Position numbers and translations under genes: made by a program | In this document: positions 23,417 through 33,513 of the stretch, one piece after another | How positions within the stretch are numbered: position 1 is the first letter of the stretch | How the letters are laid out: each line of letters opens with the position of its first letter | Assembly: GCA_001784175.1 (NCBI GenBank) | Contig: MFPR01000027.1 | Coordinates: 579 to 45,150, forward strand | Length of the DNA: 44,572 nucleotides | Direction: 5' to 3' | Source of the DNA: Candidatus Lindowbacteria bacterium RIFCSPLOWO2_12_FULL_62_27 | GTDB lineage: Bacteria; Lindowbacteria; 2-12-FULL-62-27 | Notes under the pieces: model-generated | What the model was told of the DNA's origin: nothing | What the model saw: the letters and a program-made list of their open reading frames with translations, nothing else | Database searches by the model: none

Positions 23417-24390
23417 GTGTCCGCGCCCCGGGTCGACCCGTGGGGCGCGCCGCCTTCGACGTTCGCCGACGTCGGATTCGCTCTGACAATTTCCACCTCC
23501 AGTTCAAGAATGACTCCAAATTTCTTTTGGACTTCCGACCGGACCAGCGCCACGAGTTCCTCAAAATCCTTGAAGGTGGCCCGGCCGTCGTTCAGGAAAA
23601 AATTCCCGTGCAGGTCGGACACGACCAGCCCGCCGACCCGCCGGCCTTTCAGTCCGGCCTGGTCGATCCATTGCCCCGCGGACGCGCCTTCGGCGTTCTT
23701 GAAAATGCACCCGATGCTGCGCCCGGTCGGCTGGGTCACGCCGCGGTGTTTCATCCGCGCGTTGACCTCCGCCATGATGGCTTCGCGGGAATCGGGCTTG
23801 AGATCGAGCTCGGCCGAGAGGATGACCGCCCGCAGGTTCTTGAAGCAGCTCGTGCGGTAGCCGAACTGAAGTTCCGGCCCGCGGATCGTCCGGATTTTTT
23901 TCTGCGCCGCGTCCAGGAACGTCACCGACGCGACCGCGCAGCCGATCTCGTAATCCCGGGCGCCGCTGTTCTGGTAGATCGCGCCGCCGAGCGTGCCCGG
24001 AATCCCGGCCAGTTTCTCAAGGCCGGAAAGACCGAGTTCCATGCTCCGGGTGATAAGTGCGGTCAGGTGGACCGCCGCGCCGGCGCGGAGGCCAGACCCG
24101 GACGTTTGCGTCCGGGCCTCGATTTTTTTGAAGTTCTCTCCCAGCCGGACCAGGAGGCCGTCGAATCCGTCGTCGGTGAAGACGACGTTGGTGCCGCCGC
24201 CGAGCATTTTGACGACGATCCCAAGCGATTCGGCCGTGCGCCATATTTTTTCGAGCGCCTGTTCCGATTCGGCCGTCAGGGCGCCGGCGGCGAATCCGCC
24301 GATGCCGAGCGAGCTGTATCTGCGCAGGGCCACGTCGCGGGCGATGGCAAGTTGGGTGGCCGATTCGAACGCCTGCCACTTATTTTCCAT
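23347..24390 (-). CDS. murB: UDP-N-acetylenolpyruvoylglucosamine reductase MurB
   Basis: FAD-binding N-terminus (GIGGFAAGALTAESEQ...). C-terminal MurB domain. 347 aa. Confidence 0.85.
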   Translation of the reverse strand: MENKWQAFESATQLAIARDVALRRYSSLGIGGFAAGALTAESEQALEKIWRTAESLGIVVKMLGGGTNVVFTDDGFDGLLVRLGENFKKIEARTQTSGSGLRAGAAVHLTALITRSMELGLSGLEKLAGIPGTLGGAIYQNSGARDYEIGCAVASVTFLDAAQKKIRTIRGPELQFGYRTSCFKNLRAVILSAELDLKPDSREAIMAEVNARMKHRGVTQPTGRSIGCIFKNAEGASAGQWIDQAGLKGRRVGGLVVSDLHGNFFLNDGRATFKDFEELVALVRSEVQKKFGVILELEVEIVRANPTSANVEGGAPHGSTRGADTPRERVEDRSPRRWKISGEGNFI

Positions 24391-25783
24391 ATCGAGCCTT
24401 CAGCCCTTCCTCCAGCGCCAACGGCGCCTGGTCGATGTCGCCGGCCCCGAGCGTCAGGATGGTGTCGCCGGGTCTGGCCTGTTTGAGAATTTCCTGAACG
24501 CCACCTCTCCAGTCCTTCACGTACGCCACCGCCGGATGCCCCTTGCGGGCGACGCGCTGGACGATGGTGTCGCCGGTGACGCCGTTGATGGGCATTTCGC
24601 TCGCGGCGTAGATGTCCGTCACGAAGAGGAGGTCGGCCAGCTCGAAGGCGCCGCCGAACTCGTCCGCCAGAAGTTTCGTGCGGGTGAATCGGTGGGGCTG
24701 GAAAAGGACGATGATGCGGCCGGCCGGGTGCGCGATCCGGGCCGTTTCGAGCGTGGCCTTGATTTCGGTCGGATGATGGCCGTAGTCGTCGTAGAGCCGG
24801 ACGCCGCCGACCGACCCGTGCGATTCGAACCGGCGGGCGACCCCGCGAAAGTCGGCGAGGCTGTCGCGGATCACGGCCGCCGGAACGTCCATCTCGCGGC
24901 AGACGGCGATCGTCGCGAGGGCGTTCAGCACGTGGTGCCGGCCGGGCACGGACAGAGTGAACTCCCCATAAGATTCATTTTTGAATCTCGCCGAAAAACG
25001 GCTGCCCGCGCCCGAGAGGGTGACTGATTCGGCCCGGAGGTCCGAGCTGTCGGAGAACCCGTAGGTGATGGTCTTGCGCCGGACCTCCCCGTGGATGCGG
25101 CGAACGTTGGGGTCGTCCCAGCAGACGACGCCGACGCCGTAAAAGGGGACGAGGTTGAGAAAATCCCGGAACGCATTTCGCAGGTTGTCCATCGTGCCGT
25201 AATGGTCCAGATGGTCGGTGTCGATGTTCGTGACGACCGCGAGGGCCGGATGCAATTTCAAAAATGATCCGTCGCTCTCGTCGGACTCGACCACGTAAAG
25301 ATTCCGGCCGGACGCGGCCGACGCGAGTCGGGCGCCCGCCGCCTGTTCGAAATTCTTGACGCGCCCGCCGATGATGACGGTGGGGTCGAGGCCGCCGCCG
25401 GTGGCGACGCACGCGATCATGGACGACGTCGTCGATTTCCCGTGCGAGCCGGCCACCGCGACCGTTTCGCCCATGCGCGTCAGCTCCGCCAGAAGTTCCC
25501 CGCGGCCGACCAGCGGAATGTTCCGTTTTCGGGCCTCGACGATTTCCGGATTGGCGTCGGCCACGGCCGTCGACCGGACCACGACGTCGGCCTGGCCGAC
25601 ATGACCGGCCGAGTGCCCGACTTCGACCGGAATGCCGATCGACCGGAGATGCTCGACGACGGGACCGCCTTTCAGGTCGGAGCCGGTGACGGTGAACCCG
25701 AGCCCCTGCAGAATCTGCGCGAGCCCGCTCATGCCGGACCCCCCGGCGCCGACCATGTGGAATCGTTTGACGTGAAGAAACAT
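24380..25783 (-). CDS. murC: UDP-N-acetylmuramate--L-alanine ligase MurC
   Basis: MFLHVKRFHMVGAGGSGMSGLAQIL... Mur ligase motif GSHGKSTTSSM. Confidence 0.9.
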   Translation of the reverse strand: MFLHVKRFHMVGAGGSGMSGLAQILQGLGFTVTGSDLKGGPVVEHLRSIGIPVEVGHSAGHVGQADVVVRSTAVADANPEIVEARKRNIPLVGRGELLAELTRMGETVAVAGSHGKSTTSSMIACVATGGGLDPTVIIGGRVKNFEQAAGARLASAASGRNLYVVESDESDGSFLKLHPALAVVTNIDTDHLDHYGTMDNLRNAFRDFLNLVPFYGVGVVCWDDPNVRRIHGEVRRKTITYGFSDSSDLRAESVTLSGAGSRFSARFKNESYGEFTLSVPGRHHVLNALATIAVCREMDVPAAVIRDSLADFRGVARRFESHGSVGGVRLYDDYGHHPTEIKATLETARIAHPAGRIIVLFQPHRFTRTKLLADEFGGAFELADLLFVTDIYAASEMPINGVTGDTIVQRVARKGHPAVAYVKDWRGGVQEILKQARPGDTILTLGAGDIDQAPLALEEGLKARYGK

Positions 25784-25784
25784 G

Positions 25785-26981
25785 TCATTTGCCCGCCGGC
25801 CATACCGGCGGCGTTCCCTGGTCCGGCGGCTGCGCCTCCCGGGAAAAACAGAGCAGACAGCCGATCGCCGCCAGCGTGCTCACGAGGGACGTGCCGCCGG
25901 CCGAGATCATCGGAAGCGGTTCGCCCGTGACCGGCAGAAGCCCCGTGACGACCGACATGTTCAGGAGCGCCTGGAGGGTGATCATGAAGACGATGCCGGC
26001 CGTGGCGAGTTTGAGGAAGAAGTTCGGCATCCGGTGGGCCAGCCGCAGGCCGTAGACGAAAAACGCCAGGAACAGGACCGCGACGGCCGCCGCGCCCAGA
26101 AAGCCGGTCTCCTCCCCGATCACCGCGTAAATGAAATCGGTGTGCGGTTCCGGCAGCATCGAGGTCTTCTGAAGGGAATTGCCGAGCCCCACGCCGTCGA
26201 CGCCGCCCCGGCCGAGCGCAATATACGACTGCAGAATCTGAAACCCGCGCGACGTTGGGTCCTCCAGCGGCTTGAGATAGGCCTTCAGGCGGTTCAGGAT
26301 GTAGCTCTTCGTCGCGAGTCCGTAGGCTGCCATGGCCAAAATCACGGAAAGCGTCACGCCGATCGACGCCCAGGAAATGCCGCCCATGAACAGCATGAGC
26401 AGCGTCAGCATCATGACAAAAATGGCGGCGGAATAGTCAGGCTCCTTGTACACCAGAAACGACACGAGGCCGGACACCATCAATATTTTCAACGTCGCCT
26501 TCCCGCCGATCCAACGGCTCTCCCGGTCGGAAATGAATTTCGCCAGATACAGGACGAGCGCCAGTTTGGCCGGTTCCGCCGGCTGAAACGAAAATCCCGC
26601 CACGCGAATCCACCGGTTGACACCCGCCACGTCCGGGCCGATGCCCGGGACGAAGACGAGCGCCAGACACGCCACGCTTGCGGCCAGAAAAACGCCGCTC
26701 AGGCGCTCGATGTGCTTCCACGATAGGCACGTCGCCGCGTATACCGCGATCACGGTTCCAATGACCCCGGCGAGGATTTGTTTCCTGATGAAGTAGGACG
26801 TCTCGTGCCCGTAGAGCGCCGACCGCTGCGCGAGAAGCGCGCTCGAGCTGTAGACGAAGACGCATCCGACGCCGAGCAGGATCGCGGCCCAGTAAATGAG
26901 TTTGATGTCCGTCTCTCCCAGGCGCTCGAGGCGATGCCGGACCGTCGTCAGTCCAATCATCGGGACAGTCGATCCACGCAC
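25785..26981 (-). CDS. ftsW: SEDS-family peptidoglycan glycosyltransferase FtsW
   Basis: Polytopic membrane protein, 398 aa. Lies between murD and murC. Confidence 0.85.
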   Translation of the reverse strand: MRGSTVPMIGLTTVRHRLERLGETDIKLIYWAAILLGVGCVFVYSSSALLAQRSALYGHETSYFIRKQILAGVIGTVIAVYAATCLSWKHIERLSGVFLAASVACLALVFVPGIGPDVAGVNRWIRVAGFSFQPAEPAKLALVLYLAKFISDRESRWIGGKATLKILMVSGLVSFLVYKEPDYSAAIFVMMLTLLMLFMGGISWASIGVTLSVILAMAAYGLATKSYILNRLKAYLKPLEDPTSRGFQILQSYIALGRGGVDGVGLGNSLQKTSMLPEPHTDFIYAVIGEETGFLGAAAVAVLFLAFFVYGLRLAHRMPNFFLKLATAGIVFMITLQALLNMSVVTGLLPVTGEPLPMISAGGTSLVSTLAAIGCLLCFSREAQPPDQGTPPVWPAGK

Positions 26982-28327
26982 CGGCGAAAATCCTCTCCGC
27001 GCTCCGCGTAGCTCGTATACTGGTCGTAACTCGTGCCGCCGGGAGACAGGAGAACCACGTCGCCCGGTGAGGCCATCTGATGAGACGCCGCAACCGCCTC
27101 CGACACGCGGCCCACGCGGCGGTGCGGAAGGCGGAACCGGTCCGCCAGACAGCTGAACTTTTCGCCGAGGGCGCCGAAAAAAACCAGCGCCTTGAGATTG
27201 CGCCGCCGGGTCAGTTCCCTGAAAAGCGGCGTGAAATCCATGCCCTTGTCCTGTCCGCCCATGAGCGCGACGATCTGTCTCGACGGAAAACTTTCCATCG
27301 CCTTGCGCGCCGCGTCGACGCTCGTGGCCTTCGAGTCGTCATAGTAGGCCACGCCCCCGGCCTCCCGCACAAATTCCAGCCGGTGGGCCGGCAGGCGAAA
27401 CCGCCGCGCGGCCGAGAGGATGGTTTCCGGCCTCACGCCCACCGATGCGGCGGCGCAGGCGGCGGCCAGCAGGTTCGACTGATTGTGTTTGCCCGGCCCA
27501 AGAAGCGTTGCGCCCATCTGAAAGAACACGGAACTTTTTCCGCCGCGCCGCAGGAAGACCGTTGAGCCTTCCAGATGGAGCCCGTCGATCAGCGCGCGCG
27601 GACGCTCCAGGCTGTAACCGAGCACGCGGCCGGCGCGCCTTTCCTGCATGCGCCGCGCCAGCCGGATGCCATACGGATCGTCGAGATTGATGACAGCGGC
27701 GTCGCGGGCGGCGAAATTCCGAAACAAGCGGGCCTTGGCCTCAAAGTACGCGGCCATGGTCTTGTGGCGGTCCAGATGGTTCTGGCTCAGATTCAAAAAT
27801 ATCCCGACCGTCGGCCGGAACCGCTTGGCCAGCTCGAGCTGGAACGAGGAAAGTTCGACAACGTACAGAAGATTTTTTCTCTCGCCGACTTCATCCAAAA
27901 GAGGCGTGCCGATATTTCCAGCGACGATGACTCTTTTTCGGCCAAACTGGGCGCGGAGAAGCGCCGCGAGAAGCTTGGTCGTCGTCGTCTTGCCGTTCGT
28001 GCCCGTCACCGCCAGAAACGTTCCGCCGCGGCGACGCGCAAAGGCGAGGTCGAGATCGCCCGTGACCCTGGCATCGTCGCGCGAAATTCCAAGCGGCGCC
28101 AGCGGGATGCCGGGGCTCACGACAATGGTGTCCGCCTCCCGCGCGCGGGGCGGAAGAAGCCGCCGGTCGGTCACGACCGACTTGAGGTCCCGGCGCAGGC
28201 GGCGCCGGAGGTCCGGGGAGAATCGCTCGAATCCCTCATCGAATCCGACGAGTTCCGCCCGGCCCTTGAATTTCCGGATCGCCGAAAGGCCGGTGAGGCC
28301 GAGGCCCAGAATGAGGACGCGGTCCAT
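26957..28327 (-). CDS. murD: UDP-N-acetylmuramoylalanine--D-glutamate ligase MurD
   Basis: Starts MDRVLILGLGLTG at ATG 28327, which overlaps the mraY stop (ATGA). Motif GTNGKTTTT. The listed 858-aa ORF is an artefactual upstream extension that overlaps mraY in another frame. Confidence 0.85.
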   Translation of the reverse strand: MDRVLILGLGLTGLSAIRKFKGRAELVGFDEGFERFSPDLRRRLRRDLKSVVTDRRLLPPRAREADTIVVSPGIPLAPLGISRDDARVTGDLDLAFARRRGGTFLAVTGTNGKTTTTKLLAALLRAQFGRKRVIVAGNIGTPLLDEVGERKNLLYVVELSSFQLELAKRFRPTVGIFLNLSQNHLDRHKTMAAYFEAKARLFRNFAARDAAVINLDDPYGIRLARRMQERRAGRVLGYSLERPRALIDGLHLEGSTVFLRRGGKSSVFFQMGATLLGPGKHNQSNLLAAACAAASVGVRPETILSAARRFRLPAHRLEFVREAGGVAYYDDSKATSVDAARKAMESFPSRQIVALMGGQDKGMDFTPLFRELTRRRNLKALVFFGALGEKFSCLADRFRLPHRRVGRVSEAVAASHQMASPGDVVLLSPGGTSYDQYTSYAERGEDFRRCVDRLSR

Positions 28328-29478
28328 CAGCGCAATTTCAGGCTGGCCAGCGCGACCAGCGCCGACACGATCCCGAGGATCCAGAACCGGATGACGATTT
28401 TGGATTCGGCCCAGCCCGACAGCTCGAAATGGTGGTGCAGGGGGGACATGCGAAAGACCCGGTGCGTGTTCGCGTATTCTTTCCCCCGCCGCCATTTGTT
28501 CCAGCGATACACGGCGGTCTGGATCAGCACTGAGAGGGTTTCCGCCACGAACATCGATCCGGCCAGCACGAGGAGCAGTTCCTGCTTGATCAGAATCGCG
28601 ACCGCGCCCAGAATGCCGCCGATGGTCAGCGCCCCCGTATCGCCCAGAAAAACTTCGGCCGGCGGGGCATTGAACCAGAGAAATCCCAGGAGGCCACCCA
28701 GCATGCCGGCCAGGACGACCGTGATTTCCCCGGCGCCGATCACGTTGATGACCTGCAGGTACCGGCTGAAGAAAAAATGACCGCTCAGGTACGTCAGCGC
28801 GGCGTAGGCGCCGATCGAAAAGATCGACAGCCCTCCCGCCAGGCCGTCCAGGCCGTCGGTCAGGTTGACCGCATTCGAGGCGCCGACGATCACGATGATC
28901 GCGAGGGGGACGTAAAGAACGCCAAGATCCACAAATATGTTTTTGAAGAACGGCACGGCGAGCTGCGTCTGGAAGCCGGACTGGATCGCCTCCGAATTCC
29001 ACAGCAGGCGGTACTCGATGTTCGACCGGTAGACCCAGGCGACGAGAACGGCGGCGATCACGAATTGACACAGAAGTTTGTACCGGCCGAACAACCCGGC
29101 CTCGTTCCGGAACGATTTCAAATAATCGTCGAGAAACCCCACGGCGCCCAGACCCATGAGGACGACCGTCAGCATCTGGACGAAGGTGTTGTGGAGATTG
29201 CCGCAGAGAAGCGTCGCCACCAGCGTCGCCAGGACGACCACCGCGCCGCCCAGGATGGGCGTGCCGGCCTTCTGCGAATGAAACGGGACGTCCTCCTTGG
29301 TCGCCGCGCGAAAGTTCGACGCCCGGCACCAGCGGATGACCTTCGGCATCCAGTACACGCTGAGCCCAAACCCGAGCACGGCCGAGATCATCGAACGGAA
29401 CGTGATGTACTGGAAGACGCGGATCGCCGTGATGGGACCGGCGGGGTCGTAGAAAGCGTCGAAAATCCACTTTAACAT
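28327..29478 (-). CDS. mraY: phospho-N-acetylmuramoyl-pentapeptide transferase MraY
   Basis: MLKWIFDAFYDPAGPITAIRVFQYITFRSM... Polytopic. Confidence 0.9.
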   Translation of the reverse strand: MLKWIFDAFYDPAGPITAIRVFQYITFRSMISAVLGFGLSVYWMPKVIRWCRASNFRAATKEDVPFHSQKAGTPILGGAVVVLATLVATLLCGNLHNTFVQMLTVVLMGLGAVGFLDDYLKSFRNEAGLFGRYKLLCQFVIAAVLVAWVYRSNIEYRLLWNSEAIQSGFQTQLAVPFFKNIFVDLGVLYVPLAIIVIVGASNAVNLTDGLDGLAGGLSIFSIGAYAALTYLSGHFFFSRYLQVINVIGAGEITVVLAGMLGGLLGFLWFNAPPAEVFLGDTGALTIGGILGAVAILIKQELLLVLAGSMFVAETLSVLIQTAVYRWNKWRRGKEYANTHRVFRMSPLHHHFELSGWAESKIVIRFWILGIVSALVALASLKLR

Positions 29479-30995
29479 CCCGCGGCCCGAAGAGTTTCCA
29501 GGATCGCCGTCCGGGCGACTTTGCGATCGTCAAACGGAAATTTGGTCGTGCCGATGATCTGATAGGTTTCGTGGCCCTTCCCGGCCATCGCGACGATTTC
29601 TCCCCGGCGCGCCATCCGGCACGCCAGCGCGATCGCCCGGCGCCGGTCCGGCTCGACGACGTAGGTTTGGCCCTCCCGGCCGCGGAATCCCGGCCGGATG
29701 TCGCGGATGATGTCCATCGGATTTTCGGCGCGCGGATTGTCGGAGGTGACGATCGCGAAATCCGCGAGCCGCGTCACGACCCGGGCCATTTTCGGCCGCT
29801 TCGTCCGGTCCCGGTCGCCGCCGCACCCGAACAGGCAGATCAGGCGCCGCGGGTTCAGGCGACGGCAGGCCAGCAGAAGTTTTTCGAGCGCGTCCGGCGT
29901 GTGCGCGTAATCGACCAGCGCCACGAACGCCTGCCCCGCGTCCACGCGCTCCATCCGGCCCGGCGGCGCCGACGCGCCGGCCAAGAGCCGCGCCAGGGTC
30001 GAGACGTTGGCCGGATCGCCGCAGGCCGACAGCGCCGCCGCGGCGTTCGACAGATTGTAATCTCCGATCAACGACAGCCGAAGCGGGATGTCCTTTCCGA
30101 AGGCGTTGAGCCGCGCGCGGGTGCCCCGAAGGTCGCTTCGCGCGGAGAGGATGCGCACCGTCGCCCCGCGCCGGCGGCCGAACGTCACCACGGGCCGGCC
30201 GGCCCTCTCAAGCAACGCGGCGAGACGGCGCCCGTAGGCGTCGTCGATGTTTACCACGGCTTTCTCGTATTCATATTCGACAAACAACTTTTTCTTCGCC
30301 TCAAAATATTTCTCCATCGTACGATGATAATCCAGGTGGTCCTGCGTCAGGTTCGTGAAAACCACCGTGTGAAACCGGATCCCCCATACCCGCCGCTGGT
30401 CCAGCGCGTGCGAGGAAACTTCGCAAACCCCCGCCTCGCAGCCCGCGTCCAGCGCCTGCCGGAAAAACCGGTTCATGTTCACCGCGTCCGGCGTCGTCAG
30501 CGCGGACGGCACCGGCGGCCGGCCCGGAATTTCCTCGTTCACGGTTCCAAGAAGCGCCGTCTTGATCCCCGCGCCCATGAGAAGCCGCCGGATCAGATAC
30601 GTCGTGGTGGTCTTGCCGTTCGTTCCCGTGACGCCATGGATCCGCAGGCGCTCCGTCGGGCGGCCGTAAAATTCGGACGCCAAAATTCCGTAGGCCATGC
30701 CCGCATCCCGCACGCGGATGCGAACGACGCGACGCAGCTCCGCGCCGCGCATCGGCCTGTCCGCCACCACGGCCGCCGCGCCACGCCGCACCGCCTCCGG
30801 CGCGAACTTCAGGCCGTCCATCCGGGTGCCGCGAAGCGCCACAAAGAGACAACCGCGCCGGACCTGCCGGGAATCGGACGTGACGCCGCCGATGCCGGGA
30901 CCGCCGGAGCCGTTTCCCGGAACCGCGACGGAAACGCATACACCCGCCGCACGGAGGGCGCGCACCGCCCTCTCCAGACGCATGATCTTCTTCAA
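29472..30995 (-). CDS. murE: UDP-N-acetylmuramoyl-L-alanyl-D-glutamate--2,6-diaminopimelate ligase MurE
   Basis: Mur ligase motifs GTNGKTTT and DNPR (SDNPRAE). The latter is the meso-DAP-specificity motif. Confidence 0.85.
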   Translation of the reverse strand: MKKIMRLERAVRALRAAGVCVSVAVPGNGSGGPGIGGVTSDSRQVRRGCLFVALRGTRMDGLKFAPEAVRRGAAAVVADRPMRGAELRRVVRIRVRDAGMAYGILASEFYGRPTERLRIHGVTGTNGKTTTTYLIRRLLMGAGIKTALLGTVNEEIPGRPPVPSALTTPDAVNMNRFFRQALDAGCEAGVCEVSSHALDQRRVWGIRFHTVVFTNLTQDHLDYHRTMEKYFEAKKKLFVEYEYEKAVVNIDDAYGRRLAALLERAGRPVVTFGRRRGATVRILSARSDLRGTRARLNAFGKDIPLRLSLIGDYNLSNAAAALSACGDPANVSTLARLLAGASAPPGRMERVDAGQAFVALVDYAHTPDALEKLLLACRRLNPRRLICLFGCGGDRDRTKRPKMARVVTRLADFAIVTSDNPRAENPMDIIRDIRPGFRGREGQTYVVEPDRRRAIALACRMARRGEIVAMAGKGHETYQIIGTTKFPFDDRKVARTAILETLRAAGC

Positions 30996-31028
30996 ATGTG
31001 GGATATCCCCCCCCTCACACTTGAAAGA

Positions 31029-31490
31029 CTATTCTCTTTTTTCTTCCTGCGACTTCTCCTGCGACAAGACTGCGGTCAATCCTATTTCTGACGCGGCCAG
31101 CGACTCGAGCCGCACCGGGCTTTCCAGCACGGTCCGCCTCATGTAGAGCCGCGTGATTTCGCTTTCAATCTCGGCCTTCCGCCGCGTCAGCGTCCAGACG
31201 TTCAGACTTTGTGACTTGGTCTGAACCCTCAGATACACTTCGAAAAAAAGAGCGACACAAAATAAACCCACATACGTCAGGCCCGCGACCAGCTCGCGAT
31301 ACCGAAGGGCCCGCTGCTCGACCGATATGGACCGGCCGGGCCGGACGGCCTTGACCTCCGACGGTTCCCGCAACGCAAACCGGCGGCGAAATAAAAGCGC
31401 CGGCGATAAGGCCGTGCTGACACGATGAACGAGGCCGAAGCCAGTCTTGGGTCGGTATTTTGCCCGGTACAGATTCCGCTTCTTCTGCAT
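31029..31490 (-). CDS. ftsL: FtsL/DivIC-like small bitopic division protein
   Basis: 153 aa. Single transmembrane segment (LVAGLTYVGLFCVALFFEVYL) followed by a coiled-coil. Position between rsmH and murE. Confidence 0.5.
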   Translation of the reverse strand: MQKKRNLYRAKYRPKTGFGLVHRVSTALSPALLFRRRFALREPSEVKAVRPGRSISVEQRALRYRELVAGLTYVGLFCVALFFEVYLRVQTKSQSLNVWTLTRRKAEIESEITRLYMRRTVLESPVRLESLAASEIGLTAVLSQEKSQEEKRE

Positions 31491-31547
31491 ATCGTCTGCG
31501 TCTTGTTCTTCTTCATCGGCATCCGCCCCTTCCGATCTGAGCCCGTC

Positions 31548-32585
31548 TCATATTCTTTCGATGACAAAGAGCTTCGCGCTTCGGGCCGACGGATTGCTCC
31601 GAATCTCCGCCGCCGCCGGCCGCACGCCCCTGCGGGTCACCCACCGAAGGAGCGGTTTGCGCCCGCACCGGCACTCCGGGAAATCCGGCGGACAGATGCA
31701 GCCCTTCACCAGCGCGTCTGTTTCGGTTCTCACCAGCCGTTCCTCTTCCCACGTATACGCAAGGATCGCCAGCCGCCCACCCGGTACCAGAACGGCCGCG
31801 GCCGCCGGGATCAGCGCGGCCAGGTCCTTCATCTCGCCGGTCACCGCCTCGCGCAACGCCCGAAAGACCTTGGTCGCCGGATGAGAACCGCTCCGCCCTC
31901 CGCCGATCGCCTTACGCAAAAGATCCGCCAACTCGCTCGTCCGCCGAATGGGGGTTTTCTTGCGTGCATCCACCAGCGCGCGCGCGATCCGCCGGCCCCG
32001 GCGCTCGCCGGCGTCGAGAAACAGCCGGGCGAGGTCCGGCTCCAGCCACCGGTTCACCACATCGGCCGCCGTCGGCCCCTCGACCCCGAGCCTCATGTCC
32101 AGCGGCCCATCGACGAATGAGAAGCCCCATTCGGGTGTGCGGTAATGCCGGGTCGAAACACCCAGATCCGCGAGCACGGCCTTCACCCGGTCATGCCCGA
32201 AAGAAGCGACGATCCGCCCCAGGTCCCGGAAGTTTCCTTCCACCACGACCAATCGGGGGTCCACAAGGCCCAGCGCCGCGAGCATCCGCGGGTCACGCTC
32301 GATGCCGATGAGTTTCCCGGCGGCATCCACGATCCGCAGCCGACGCAGAATTTCGCCCGCGTGGCCGCCCTCCCCGAGCGTCGCATCCACCACGATCCAC
32401 TCGCCCGTTGCTGCCGGTTGCGGCGGCTCGACCAAACCGAGAGCCTCCATACTCAGTTGTAAAAGAACAGGGGTGTGCAATCGGGGTTGGGACTGCGACG
32501 GATTCATCTGCGCGTTACTCCGAGCCAGGTTCCCATATTCCCCCCTCTCGGTGTTTGTTCGTGCGGCGTGCCCGCCCGATTGCAC
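31548..32585 (-). CDS. rsmH: 16S rRNA (cytosine1402-N4)-methyltransferase RsmH/MraW
   Basis: 345 aa. SAM-methyltransferase motifs. Canonical position after mraZ. Confidence 0.85.
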   Translation of the reverse strand: MQSGGHAARTNTERGEYGNLARSNAQMNPSQSQPRLHTPVLLQLSMEALGLVEPPQPAATGEWIVVDATLGEGGHAGEILRRLRIVDAAGKLIGIERDPRMLAALGLVDPRLVVVEGNFRDLGRIVASFGHDRVKAVLADLGVSTRHYRTPEWGFSFVDGPLDMRLGVEGPTAADVVNRWLEPDLARLFLDAGERRGRRIARALVDARKKTPIRRTSELADLLRKAIGGGRSGSHPATKVFRALREAVTGEMKDLAALIPAAAAVLVPGGRLAILAYTWEEERLVRTETDALVKGCICPPDFPECRCGRKPLLRWVTRRGVRPAAAEIRSNPSARSAKLFVIERI

Positions 32586-32601
32586 GACCCGATATTTTTT
32601 G

Positions 32602-33150
32602 TCAGACCGCCGCCGCGCCCGCGCGGGATATTTTCTCAGCGATCTCCTCCATCTCGTCCTGCATCTCCCTCGACGCCGCCTGCCATGCCTCCTCTCTCCA
32701 TATTTCTATGTGGTCCATCACGCCCACCACCACGATCCGCCGCGAACCCCGCTTCATCTGCAGGTGCTCCTCCAGAAACGCCTTCGGAATCAACAGCCGG
32801 CCCTGCCGGTCCACCTCCACTTCCTCCGCCTTCCCGGTCAGCATCCGCTTCAATTTTCGTATGTCTTTCGACAGCTCGCTCCGGCTCTCAATCTCTCTTT
32901 TCAGAAATTCCGACCACTGGGATTTCGGAAACAAATACACGCACCGCTCGAATCCCCGGGTCAGCACCAGTTCCCCCGCTTTCCGCGCGCCGCCCGACAC
33001 CTCGTCCAGGCGGACCTTCAGCTTGGCCGGAACCAGAAACCGTCCCTTCCCATCCACCTCCCTCGTATAGGATCCGATGTACATTCCACTTTCCTCCACT
33101 TTCTTACCACTATGACCGCAGATGCTAAGATGGCGGATGCGGGATGTCAA
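32602..33150 (-). CDS. mraZ: transcriptional regulator MraZ. The true start is probably the internal Met near 33084.
   Basis: Duplicated MraZ/SpoVT-AbrB-type halves (…DGKGRFLVPAKLK… and …DRQGRLLIPKAFL…). Confidence 0.75.
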   Translation of the reverse strand: MTSRIRHLSICGHSGKKVEESGMYIGSYTREVDGKGRFLVPAKLKVRLDEVSGGARKAGELVLTRGFERCVYLFPKSQWSEFLKREIESRSELSKDIRKLKRMLTGKAEEVEVDRQGRLLIPKAFLEEHLQMKRGSRRIVVVGVMDHIEIWREEAWQAASREMQDEMEEIAEKISRAGAAAV

Positions 33151-33195
33151 GGGAAATCTTCAGAATTTTGGGGAAACGGGACGCGCCGGGCGCGC

Positions 33196-33513
33196 CTAGA
33201 GGCCGGCCGAACGAGGCGGGGAGATTCTTTCCGTCAGTTCCTTTCCCGGTTTGAATTTGAGGTCGAGGCGGTCCGGCACCCGGATGCGGCCGCCGGTGCG
33301 GAAATCGTAGGCGGGGCGCGGGCGGCGGCGGACGGCCATGAAGGTGCCGAATCCCCGCAGTTCCACGCGCGGGACGGAGATGCATTCATGGACGACCGCG
33401 GAGCAGAAGGCGTCCAGAACCGCCTGCGCGTCTTTGAGAGGGATATCGAGCCTGCGGGAAATTTTTCTTGCGAGGTCGCGCGAAACTATTTCAGTCGGAT
33501 GGACGAAAAGAAT
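33196..33513 (-). CDS. HU/IHF-family DNA-binding protein. Start uncertain; the ORF extends to 33729 but that stretch overlaps the upstream gene.
   Basis: C-terminal arm motif RVELRGFGTFMAVRRRPRPAYDFRTGGRIRVPDRLDLKFKPGKEL is typical of HU/IHF. Confidence 0.6.
   Translation of the reverse strand: MLFVHPTEIVSRDLARKISRRLDIPLKDAQAVLDAFCSAVVHECISVPRVELRGFGTFMAVRRRPRPAYDFRTGGRIRVPDRLDLKFKPGKELTERISPPRSAGL

Noticed and set aside
26957-29533. 858-aa ORF on the minus strand
   Set aside because: Only the C-terminal 456 aa, from MDRVLILG at 28327, is MurD. The upstream half overlaps mraY in another frame with low-complexity translation.
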